This document shows, piece after piece, positions 49,901 to 60,838 of a stretch of DNA of 64,000 nt. Source of the stretch: Anaeramoeba ignava BMAN (lineage: Eukaryota > Protista > Anaeramoebae). The notes under the pieces are model-generated. The model saw only the letters and a list, made by a program, of their open reading frames with translations. It made no database searches and was not told where the DNA came from. A program made the position numbers and the translations under genes. Location: contig JAPDFW010000095.1 in assembly GCA_028826165.1 (NCBI GenBank), positions 195,807-259,806 on the forward strand, in the 5' to 3' direction. Every line of letters begins with the position of its first letter. Position 1 is the stretch's first letter.

Positions 49901-52900
49901 TTATCAATTTGAAATTCTCTAATCAAAGTCTACATTTAAATGTAACTTGGGATACTTCAGAATCTTTCACTTCAGGATATAACAGAGTAACCCATCAACC
50001 AACAATGAGAATTACTGATGATCTTGGGGATCCAGTTGAAGGTTATTATGGATATTTCTGGATTGCTAATGGATTTCTCTCTTGGCCTTTTGATTATGTT
50101 CACACTTATGATGCACAAGATCCAGTTGTGAGAAGTGTTGCTCCTTCAGATGAAAATGGAACAGTAACTTGGAATTTATCTTTTCAATATGTTCGAAATA
50201 CACAAGAAACATATGCTTATGTGTATGTGTGGCAAGAAGGATATTATGGAACTCAAGTTGTATATTTTAATGTGACTGAAGAATTTCCTTTGTTACAGTA
50301 TTTTAATTTTCCAGAAAAAGTGTTTATCAATCAAGATTTTCCAACATCCCCAACAATTCTGGTTTATGATTACTATACATCTCAACCAATAGTAAACAAA
50401 TATGTGAATCTTTTATCTTGGAATGATAGTACCTACAGTTTCGATTATAAAGGATATGAAATTACAAATCAAAATGGGATTGTTCAGTTTTCTTTGAATT
50501 CAACAGGATATGAAGATCAAGGATTTATGTTTATAAAATTCGAAGTGGATTATCAAAATTCTCTCAATTTTTCGATAAAAGTGATAACATTTCCAACTCA
50601 TATTTTAATAGCATCGCAACCTATCAATGGATCACAAATTGGATATCCTTTCCTTTTTCCTACAGAAACATTAGATGTAGATGGCTCATTAGTGATGGGA
50701 TCAGTTGTGGTTCAACTCTTTGCTTATTCAAATTTAGTTGAAGGAAAAATTTTATCAGCAGAAATTGAGGAAAATGCAGGAAATGGAGTTCTAGATCCAG
50801 AAACAACATCAGCAATAACTGATCAAAATGGAGTCGCTCTTTTTAATCTTAAGATGATTTCTGGGAATTCTGGTTATTACACAATCAAATTTTCTTATAA
50901 TAATATCACTATGGCAACTGATCCTTTTTATTTACAAAATCCAATCGATAGTGTAACTTCTCAAGTGTATGATTTTCGGGATAATATACAAATTGGAGAT
51001 AAATTTTCAGCTACAGTTACAGTTAATTTCAATGAAGGTTATCAAGAAGGAATCAATTTCCCAATAACAATAATTACAAAATGCTGCAATGTTTCAATTC
51101 CTGAAAGTTCCATTTCAATTAGTTCTGAAGGATTTGCTTATTTCCAAAATATTCAATTTGATTCAATTTCAGGAACTTCAGATTGCTTAATTCAAACCAA
51201 TAAGGAAAACAAAGTGAAAGGAGAAGTTTCTTTCTCAATTTTAGGAATACAATCTGATTATCATACATTTTTAATAACTTCTCCTGATAGTGTTGTACTA
51301 ACAAAAGCTGTTGATTCTCTCAAACAATCAGTTCTGTTCTGGGTTGTTTGTTTATCTCTTGCAGTTCCTTTCTTCCTAAATTCTCTCAAAAAACATAATA
51401 TTGTCACATTTGTTGTTGCACTTGCATTAATGATTATTTTAATGTGTTTTCTTCCTCAATTAATTCCAAAAGCCAAAAAAGTGGAATCAAGACAATATAT
51501 CTCTTTATCATTTTTTGAAGGAATTCTTGTTTTCTTTTGCTCTTTTGCTTTTATTCATTCTTTTATTATCACGAATTATCCCAAAATTTCCCATTTGGAT
51601 TGAAAGATATGTTTTTGTTCATGAAAGAATGTCAAGTTATACATCTCTTTTCAAAAGATTACTTCCAATAGGAGGAGTTCGAAGTTTAAAAGTGAGGGAA
51701 ATTGAAAAAACTCTTGGAAAAAATGTTGCCATTTCAGAAACAAGTGAAGATGATTTAAAAGAAGAGAAAAAAAAGGAAAAGGATCAGAATCTTAATGAAA
51801 TTGAACTTGAAACTGATTCACAAAATGAAAATGAAAATGAAAATCAAAATGAAAATCAAAATGAAAATGAAAAACCAGAGAAAAAATCAGAAGATAAAAA
51901 CAGATTCCAATTAACAGAAACAGAAATTAGACTCATTCTCAGAAGATCAACAAGAAGATATGGAACTCAAAATATATTAGGTGCATTTTCTCAAATTCAA
52001 AATGATGAAAAAGAAGAAAAAAGAAGAAGAAAAAGAAGAAAAAGAAGAAAAAAATCCAAGTAAATTGAAAAGAAGTTGGAAATGGATTGTCAAACAATTT
52101 AAAAAATTATACAAGAAAATCAAATTAAAATTCAAAGAAAAACCAAATCCACATAAAGAATATGAAACCTATTTTGATTTTTATTATCCACAAAGATTAC
52201 TTGCTTCATTTTGGTTATGGGTTGTTTTAGTTGCATTATTGATATTATTTTGTACTAAACTTTTTCGAAGTGCTTGTTTATCTATTCAGTTATATCGACA
52301 ACAAATCATAGGAGATCTTCAACAAGGTAGTTGCTTTAATGATAGACCAGATATAAGTGATTATCCAGAAACAGTTTCTGTTTATGCAATCCAATTAATT
52401 AATCAATTTTCAGATTATTGTCCTATTGATCAAAAACCTCTTGAGAATTCATTCAAAAATTTTATGTATCGATTTTCAAGATATCAAGTAAATAAAATTA
52501 TGAATGCCATTTCAGTTGTTACAGGAATATCAGCATTTATTGCATTTATAATTCTTCTTTTGCTTTGGAGATCAATTTTCAATTTGTATCGAAAAAGAAT
52601 TATGCTTTTAAGACAAGGGAAAAAACCTTTTAATGATTTTGATCAAGCCAAAACAGTTTTGGTTACTTCTTATACAAATTTACAGATTTGGTTAGGATTA
52701 ATCTCATTTCTTGTTGTATGGATAATTGTTTTCATCATTCTTTTTTTGATTCCAGCACTTTATTGGTTTGTTTCCAAGGATTTTGTTGTTAAAGTGATCA
52801 CTGTTATTATTATATTCCTTGCTATTGTGTTTGTTTATCAAATCATTTTTGGGATTGTTATTCAAAAGATCATGAACAAATATTTCGTTGATAAAGAACA

Positions 52901-53432
52901 AATTACAAATCGAACAGCATTTTCAATTTATGATTTTATTAAATTTTTCATGACGGTTTTTTCAGGAGCAACTTCAGCAGTTAAGAAATTATTAGGAACA
53001 ACAGGAGGTTCAGTTTCAACAATTTTCAGACTTGATGATGAAAAATCAATTGATGAATCTTATTCAGCAATGATGCTTATTGATCATCAAACAAACAATC
53101 CAATTCTTAGGGTTTTTGCAAATTACTTAATGAATCTCTTGAAACATCAAAAGCAAATGATTAGGCACATTACTGAAAAAAAACCTGATATTTCAGAAAA
53201 AGAAATTTCAATGGCAGTTTCTTATTTGGAAAATCATCCAATTACTGGTGAACCTTTTGAAATTGAAAAAATCAGAAAAAAATACTTATTTCTTCTTACT
53301 ATTGCAGCAAATAAAAAAATTCAAGAACTTCGTAAAAATGTAATTGAAACTGAAAGGAAAAGAAAAGAATTTTTAAAACAAAAAGAAGATAAAATTTGGG
53401 AAACTATTAAAAATGCCAAAGATCTCAATTAA
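46956..53432 (+). CDS. Large multi-exon membrane protein: N-terminal TM, long beta-rich (Ig/invasin-like) ectodomain, C-terminal STRA6-like polytopic domain
   Basis: Repeated (T/S)D(Q/E)xG..F beta-rich units with many N-glycosylation sequons. C-terminal motifs FYYPQRLL, ITNRTAFSIYDFIKFF, YSAMMLIDHQTNNPILRVF and RKKYLFLLTIAANKKIQELRK resemble the STRA6 family. Indels at about 49143, 51535 and 52020. Confidence 0.72.
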
Positions 53433-53580
53433 AATTAAAAATTAAAATTAAAATTAAAATTAAAATTAAAATTAAAATTAAAATTAAAATTAAAATTAAA
53501 ATTAAATTCAAAATCAAAATTAAAATTAAAATTAAAATTAAAATTCCAAAAATATTTTTTTCATTTTTTTCTTTTCAAAA

Positions 53581-55365
53581 ATGAATGAAATTTTATTTTT
53601 TGGTCAAAATTATAATCCAAAACTTTTCAAAAATAAATCAAATAAAATAACAAAACCAATTCAATTTAAATTTGAAAATGAAAATGAAAATGAAAATGAA
53701 AATGAAAAACAAATTAAACAAATTTCATCAGGAGGTTTTTCAACAATTTTTCTTTTTAAAAATGGAAAAGCAATAGAATATTTAAATGAAAATGATTCAA
53801 ATCAAAATCCTTCAAAAATCCAAATTGAAGAAAATATTCAAAAAGTAACTGTTGGTTATCAAAATGAAGCTATTTTAACAATAAAAGGAAATGGATTTGC
53901 CAAAGGAAAAGATATTAATACAAATAATCCAAAAGAATTTATCAATATTTCATCATTAATTGAAGATACAAATGATAGAATAATTCAAGATATTGTTTCT
54001 GGAAGATTTTCAATTTACTTATTAACTTCAAATCAAAATGTTTATGGAATTGGTTCAAATGAATATGGTCAACTTGGTTTTGATTCTGAAACACTTCCAA
54101 AAACAGAAAAACCAATTTTAATGATGAAAAATGTTTCTAAAATATTTTCAGGAAATTCTTCATTTCATGTTTTTCTTTTAAATTCAAATCAAGAATTATT
54201 TGTATGCGGATGGAATAATTATGGTCAAGTTGGATTAGGAGAATCAAGAAAAGAAGAATCAAAAATCCAAAAATTAACCAAAATACAAAATATTCCAAAA
54301 GGCAAAATAATTGATATTAAATCTGGATATTTTCATTCAATAATGTTGATTGAAAATGAAAATGAAAATGAAAATCCAAAAAGAAAACTTTATTCATGTG
54401 GATATTCTCGATATAATGGACTTGGTAAAAATGAAGGAAATACTTATGAATTTACTGAAATCAAATCATCTTTATTTGAAAATGATATTATTCTTGATTT
54501 TTCTGTTGGAAATGCTCATACTTTGATTTTAACTTCCAAATCAAAACTAATAGTATTTGGATATAATGAATATGGTCAATTAGGAAATGGAAATACAAAT
54601 AAAAATCAATTTATTCCTATTCAAATTGAACTTCCTAAATTAAGATTTAATGAAGATATTTTTAATTATCATATTTATTGTGGTATTAATAAATCATTTC
54701 TTTATTTTTCTCCTTCTTTTTCCAATCTTGAAGAAGATTTGATAAAACTATTTAGAAGAAAAGAATTTTGTGATATTTCATTTAAAACAGAAAATGGAGA
54801 AATAATCAAAGCTCATAAATTAATATTAAAATATAGATTAAATCAAAATCAAAATGAAATTGAAAAACTTCAAGAAATTATTTCAAATAAATCAATTAAA
54901 GAATCAAATCAAATATTTGAAATAATTTATTCAAACAAAATAATAAATCCAAAATTATATTCTGAAATTAAAGAAATTATAAATTCCAATGAAAAAAGTG
55001 AAGAAACAATGAAAAGAATTTATTTAAATGAAAATGAAAATGAAAATGAAAAAGATTTTATTATTGAAAGAAAAGAAAAACAATATAAATTTCCTAAATT
55101 AATATTAATAATGAGAAATGAATTATATCGAGGAATGTTTTTATCTGTAACAGAAGATACTTCAAATAAAGTTACAGATTATAGTGAATTAAGTAATAAA
55201 TCATTCCAAATATTTGAATATTGGATTTATTCAAATCAAATTAAAGATGAAATTCAAATTACACAAGAAATCATTGAAGAAATTCAAATTGGAATTGATT
55301 ATTTTCAATTAAATCAAACAAATCCAAATTTATTTGATTTATTAATTAACAAATTTAATAATTAA
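53581..55365 (+). CDS. RCC1-like propeller + tandem BTB protein, copy 7 (intact)
   Basis: 594-aa ORF with the family motifs. Confidence 0.92.
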   Translation: MNEILFFGQNYNPKLFKNKSNKITKPIQFKFENENENENENEKQIKQISSGGFSTIFLFKNGKAIEYLNENDSNQNPSKIQIEENIQKVTVGYQNEAILTIKGNGFAKGKDINTNNPKEFINISSLIEDTNDRIIQDIVSGRFSIYLLTSNQNVYGIGSNEYGQLGFDSETLPKTEKPILMMKNVSKIFSGNSSFHVFLLNSNQELFVCGWNNYGQVGLGESRKEESKIQKLTKIQNIPKGKIIDIKSGYFHSIMLIENENENENPKRKLYSCGYSRYNGLGKNEGNTYEFTEIKSSLFENDIILDFSVGNAHTLILTSKSKLIVFGYNEYGQLGNGNTNKNQFIPIQIELPKLRFNEDIFNYHIYCGINKSFLYFSPSFSNLEEDLIKLFRRKEFCDISFKTENGEIIKAHKLILKYRLNQNQNEIEKLQEIISNKSIKESNQIFEIIYSNKIINPKLYSEIKEIINSNEKSEETMKRIYLNENENENEKDFIIERKEKQYKFPKLILIMRNELYRGMFLSVTEDTSNKVTDYSELSNKSFQIFEYWIYSNQIKDEIQITQEIIEEIQIGIDYFQLNQTNPNLFDLLINKFNN

Positions 55366-55738
55366 AATTAAATTTAAAATTAAAATTAAAATTAAAATAA
55401 AAATTAAAATTAAAATCAAAATTAAATTCAAAATTAAAATTAAAATTAAAATCAAAATTAAAATTAAAATTAAAATTAAAATTAAAATTAAAATCAAAAT
55501 TAAAATCAAAATTAAAATTAAAATCAAAATTAAAATTAAAATCAAAATTAAAATCAAAATTAAAATCCAAAATTAAAATTAAAATTAAAATTAAAATTAA
55601 AATTAAAATTAAAATTAAAATTAAAATTAAAATTAAAATTAAAATTAAAATTAAAATTAAAATTAAAATTAAAATCAAAATAAAAATTAAAATTAAAAAT
55701 TTCAAAATCATTTTTTCATTTTTTTTCTTTTTTCAAAA

Positions 55739-57547
55739 ATGAATGAAATTTTATTTTTTGGTCAAAATATAAAACCAAAACTTATCAAAAATGAACCAGA
55801 AGAAATAACAAAACCAATTCAATTTAAATTTGAAAATGAAAATGAATATGAAAATGAAAAACAAATTAAACAAATTTCATCAAGTTATTCAACAATTTTC
55901 CTTTTTGAAAATGGAAAAGCAATAGAATATTTAACTGGATATTATTTAAGATATTCAAAACAAAAACCTTCAAAAATCCAAATTGAAGAAAATATTCAAA
56001 AAGTAACTGTTGGCGATGGAAATAAAGCTATTTTAACAATAGAAGGAAATGTATTTGCCAAAGGATATGATATTAATCGAAAAAATACAAATGAATTTAT
56101 CAATATTTCATCATTAATTAAAGATACAAATGATAGAATAATTGAAGATATTGTTTCTGGAAGATTTTCAATTTACTTATTAACTTCAAATCAAAATGTT
56201 TATGGAATTGGTTCAAATGAATATGGTCAACTTGGTTTTGATTCTAATACACTTCCAAAAACAGAAAAACCAATTTTAATGATGAAAAATGTTTCTAAAA
56301 TATTTTCAGGAAATACTTCAAATCATGTTTTTCTTTTAAATTCAAATCAAGAATTATTTGGATGCGGATATAATTCGCATGGTCAAGTTGGATTAGGAAA
56401 ATCAAGAAAAGAAGAAGAAAAAATCCAAAAATTAACCAAAATCCAAAATATTCCAAAAGGCAAAATAATTGATATTCAATGTGGAAATTGGCATTCAGTA
56501 ATGTTGATTGAAAATGAAAATGAAAATCCAAAAAGAAAACTTTATTCATGTGGAAATTGGAGATATAATGGACTTGGCAAAAATAAAGATGAAAATACTT
56601 ATGGATTTACTGAAATCAAATCACCTTTATTTCGAAATGATGATGATATTCTTGATTTTTCTGTTGGATTTGAACATACTTTGATTTTAACTTCCAAATC
56701 AAAACTAATAGGGTTTGGAGGTAATCATTTTGGTCAATTAGGAACTAGAGATACAAATAATCAATTAATTCCTATTCAAATTGAACTTCCTAAATTAAGA
56801 TTTAATGAAGATATTTCTAATTATCATATTTCTTGTGGATATTCAAAATCATTTATTTATTATTCTCCTTTTCTTTCTCCTTTTTCCAATCTTGAAGAAG
56901 ATTTGATAAAACTATTTAGAAGAAAAGAATTTTGTGATATTTCATTTAAAACCGAAAATGGAGAAATAGTTGAAGCTCATAAATTAATATTGAAATATAG
57001 ATTAAATCAAAATCAAAATCAAATTGAAAAACTTCAAGAAATTATTTCAAAAAAATCAATTAAAGAATCAAATCAAATATTTGAAATGATTTATTCAAAC
57101 AGAATTATAAATCCAAAATTATATTCTGAAATTAAAGAAATTATAAATTCAAATGAAAAAATTGAAGAAACAATGAAAAGAATTTATTTAAATGAAAATG
57201 AAAAAGATTTTATAATTGAAAGAAAAGAAAAACAATATAAATTTCCTAAATTAATATTAATAATGAGAAGTGAATTATATCGAGGAATGTTTTTATCTGT
57301 AACAGAAGATACTTCAAATAAAGTTACAGATTATAGTGAATTAAGTAATAAATCATTTCAAATATTTGAATATTGGATTTATTCAAATCAAATCAAAGAA
57401 GAAATTCAAATTACACAAGAAATTATTAATGAATTAGAAACTGGAATTGATTATTTTCAATTAAATCAAACAAATCCAAATTTATTTCATTTATTAATTA
57501 ACAAATTTAATAATCAAAAAAAGAAAAATGATTGTTTAATTTTTTAA
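55739..57547 (+). CDS. RCC1-like propeller + tandem BTB protein, copy 8 (intact)
   Basis: 602-aa ORF with the family motifs. Confidence 0.92.
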   Translation: MNEILFFGQNIKPKLIKNEPEEITKPIQFKFENENEYENEKQIKQISSSYSTIFLFENGKAIEYLTGYYLRYSKQKPSKIQIEENIQKVTVGDGNKAILTIEGNVFAKGYDINRKNTNEFINISSLIKDTNDRIIEDIVSGRFSIYLLTSNQNVYGIGSNEYGQLGFDSNTLPKTEKPILMMKNVSKIFSGNTSNHVFLLNSNQELFGCGYNSHGQVGLGKSRKEEEKIQKLTKIQNIPKGKIIDIQCGNWHSVMLIENENENPKRKLYSCGNWRYNGLGKNKDENTYGFTEIKSPLFRNDDDILDFSVGFEHTLILTSKSKLIGFGGNHFGQLGTRDTNNQLIPIQIELPKLRFNEDISNYHISCGYSKSFIYYSPFLSPFSNLEEDLIKLFRRKEFCDISFKTENGEIVEAHKLILKYRLNQNQNQIEKLQEIISKKSIKESNQIFEMIYSNRIINPKLYSEIKEIINSNEKIEETMKRIYLNENEKDFIIERKEKQYKFPKLILIMRSELYRGMFLSVTEDTSNKVTDYSELSNKSFQIFEYWIYSNQIKEEIQITQEIINELETGIDYFQLNQTNPNLFHLLINKFNNQKKKNDCLIF

Positions 57548-58099
57548 ATAAGAAATTATTGAAGAACTTCAATCAGAAATTAATTTTTTCCAATTAAAAT
57601 TAAAATCAAAATCAAAATTAAAATTAAAATTAAAATTTAAATTAAAATTAAAATTAAAATTAAAATTAAAATTAAAATTAAAATTAAAATTAAAATTGAA
57701 ATCAAAATCAAAATTAAAATCAAAATTAAAATTAAAATTAAAATTAAAATTAAAATTAAAATTAAAATTAAAATTAAAATTAAAATCCAAAATTAAAATC
57801 AATATTAAAATTAAAATTAAAATTAAAATTAAAATCAATATCCAATTAAAATAATTACCATTTTTTTTCAGAAATGGCAAATTCAAGTTGAAAAATTAAA
57901 ATGATCTTTTTGACACAAAAAAAAAATAAAAAATGAATGGAATTGATCAAAAAAAAAAGAGGGATTTTTTATATAAAAGAAATAAATACCCACAAAAAAT
58001 CCATTTTTCAATTTGATTAAAAAAATTTTTAAATTTTAAATTTTAAATTTTAAATTTTCAATTTTCAATTTTTAGAAACTAAAAAAAAATTTAAAAAAG

Positions 58100-60566
58100 A
58101 TGGAAAAAACAGAAGAAAAAGTGTGTGAAATAATAAAAAAAAGAACAACGATTAGAAGTTTTATCAAGAAGGAAATTCCACAAGAATTACTAGATGAAAT
58201 ATTGCAAGTTGTTCAATCATGTCCAACAGCCGGAAATCTTCAAGGATTCAAAGTGTATGTTGTTAAAAAGCAGGAAATTAAGAAAAAGCTTTCAGAATCA
58301 GCTTGGTCTCAAAAACATGTTCTTGAAGCTGATGTTGTTCTTGTTTTTTTTGCTTATCCTCAACGTTCTTCTAAAAAATATGGTCAAAGAGGTCAGAATT
58401 TGTATTGCTATCAAGATGCTACTATTGCTTGTTCTTATGCTCAAATTGCTGCTCATGCTCTTGGTCTTTCTTCTGGTTGGGTAATATTTAATTTAATTTA
58501 ATTTGAATACTTATTTAATTTGAATACTTATTTAATTTGATTTAAATTAATTTAATTTGGAATTATATTTGGAATTGATTTAAATATTTAATTTAATTTA
58601 AATATTTATTTAATTTAATTTAATTTAATTTAAATATTTGATTTAATATTAATTTAATTTAAATATTTAATTGGATTTAATTTAAATATTTGATTTAATT
58701 TAAATATTTGATTTAATTTAAATATTTGATTTAAATATTAATTTGAATTTAAATATTTGATTTATTTTAATATTTGATTTGAATTTAAATATTTGATTTG
58801 ATTTAAATATTTAATTTATTTTAATATTAATTTAATTTAAATACTTAATTTGATTTAAAATATTTGGAATTTAATTTAAATATTTATTTTAATTTAATTT
58901 TAATTTAATTTAAATATTTGATTTAATATTAATTTAATTTAAATATTTAATTGGATTTAATTTAATTGGATTTGATTTAAATATTTAATTTGAATTTAAT
59001 TATTTATTTGGAATTTAAATATTTGATTTGAATTTAAATATTTGATTTATTTTAATATTAATTTAATTTAAATATTGATTTGAATTTAAATATTTGATTT
59101 GGAATTTTATTTGGATTTAATTTAAATATTTGATTTAATTTAATTTAAATATTTGATTTGATTTAATTTAAATATTTAATTTAATTTGAATATTTAATTT
59201 GGAATTATATTTGGAATTGATTTGAATATTTAATTTGGAATTATATTTGGAATTGATTTAATTTAATTTGAATCAAATATTTATTTGGAATTATATTTGG
59301 AATTGATTTAAATATTGATTTGATTTAAATATTTGATTTGAATTTAAATATTTGATTTATTTTAATATTAATTTTAATTTTAAATATTAATTTAATTTTA
59401 AATATTGATTTGGATTTTAATTTAATTTGATTTAAAATATTTTGATTTAATTTTTAAATATTTAATTTTAAATATTGATTTGATTTGGAATTATATTTGG
59501 AATTAATTTTAAATATTTATTTTAATATTAATTTAATTTTTAAATATTGATTTGGATTTAATTTAATTTGATTTAAATATTTTGATTTAATTTAAAATAT
59601 TTGATTTAATTTAAATATTTGATTTAATTTTAAATATTTGATTTAATTTAAATATTTGATTTAATTTAAAAATTTGATTTAATTTAAATATTTGATTTAA
59701 TTTAAATATTTAATTTGATTTAAAAATTTAATTTGGAATTATATTTGAAATTGATTTGAATATTGATTTGATTTAAATATTTGATTTTGAATTTAAATAT
59801 TTGATTTATTTTAATATTAATTTAATTTAAATATTTGATTTTGATTTAAATATTGATTTGAATTTCAAATATTTGATTTAATTTTAAATATTTGATTTAA
59901 AATATTAATTTGAATTTAAATATTTGATTTATTTTAATATTTGATTTGATTTAAATATTTGATTTGATTTAAAATATTTGATTTGATTTAAAAATATTTG
60001 ATTTTTAATTTAAATATTTGATTTTGAATTTAAATATTTGATTTAATTTTAAAATATTTGATTTAATTTTAAATATTTTGATTTAATTTAAATATTTGAT
60101 TTAATTTAAATATTTGATTTATTTTAATATTTGATTTGATTTAAATATTTAATTTAATTTAAATATTTAATTTAATTTAAATATTTAATTTGATTTAAAT
60201 ATTGATTTGAATTTAAATATTTGATTTAATTTAAATATTTGATTTAAATATTAATTTGAATTTAAATATTTGATTTATTTTAATATTTGATTTGATTTAA
60301 ATATTTGATTTGATTTAAAATATTTGATTTGATTTAAAATATTTGATTTAATTTAAATATTTGATTTGAATTTAAATATTTGATTTAATTTAAATAAGGT
60401 TGGTGCCTTTAATGATGATGAAATCAAAAAGATTTGTAATGCTGAAGATGAATTAATTCCTGTTGCAATGTTACCTCTTGGATATGTTGATCCTGAATCC
60501 AAGAAAAAAGCAGAAGAAAAAGGAAAATCAAGATTACCACAAGAAGAAATTGTTCATTTCCTCTAA
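58100..60566 (+). CDS. Nitroreductase-family flavoprotein (exons 58100-58480, 60399-60566)
   Basis: IKKRTTIRSF, CPTAGNLQ, QDATIA..AAHALGLSSGW|VGAFNDDEIKK..PVAMLPLGY..KSRLPQEEIVHF, with a phase-0 GT-AG intron. Confidence 0.92.
58481..60398. repeat. 1.9-kb intron made of degenerate ATTTAAATATTTG / ATTTA repeats
   Basis: Directly visible and bounded by GT and AG. Confidence 0.9.
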
Positions 60567-60838
60567 AGAAATCATTTCTTTTTTTTTCAGTTGAAAAACA
60601 ATTTCAAAAAGAAAAAGGGAAAACAAAAATAATTTTTGTTCCACTTTTTTTCCAATTTTATCTTTTTGGAACTTTTCAAAAACATTTTTCAAATCAAATT
60701 TCCAATAAATTCAAATTGAATTCTTTTTATTTTTAATTTTAAAAAGAAAAATATTAATCATTATTTTATTAAAATGACTAATTCAATTTTTATTTTTATT
60801 TTCATTTTATTTTTCATTTTTCAATTTATTATTTGATA

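Noticed and set aside
30120-52030. Frameshifts in RCC1-BTB copies 1, 3, 4, 5 and the STRA6-like gene as pseudogenisation, phase variation or programmed frameshifting
   Set aside because: They are small indels in or next to homopolymer runs, at different positions, with intact downstream frames. This is typical of long-read consensus error. Short-read polishing would decide.
29408-56549. Recurrent antisense ORFs starting MNKVFFLDF (29408, 44960, 56295)
   Set aside because: They are shadows of the duplicated RCC1 coding strand and recur only because the sense genes are paralogs.
28858-57547. RCC1-BTB cassettes as transposable elements or targets of a diversity-generating retroelement
   Set aside because: No transposase, reverse transcriptase, terminal repeats, target-site duplications or template repeat is visible in the window.
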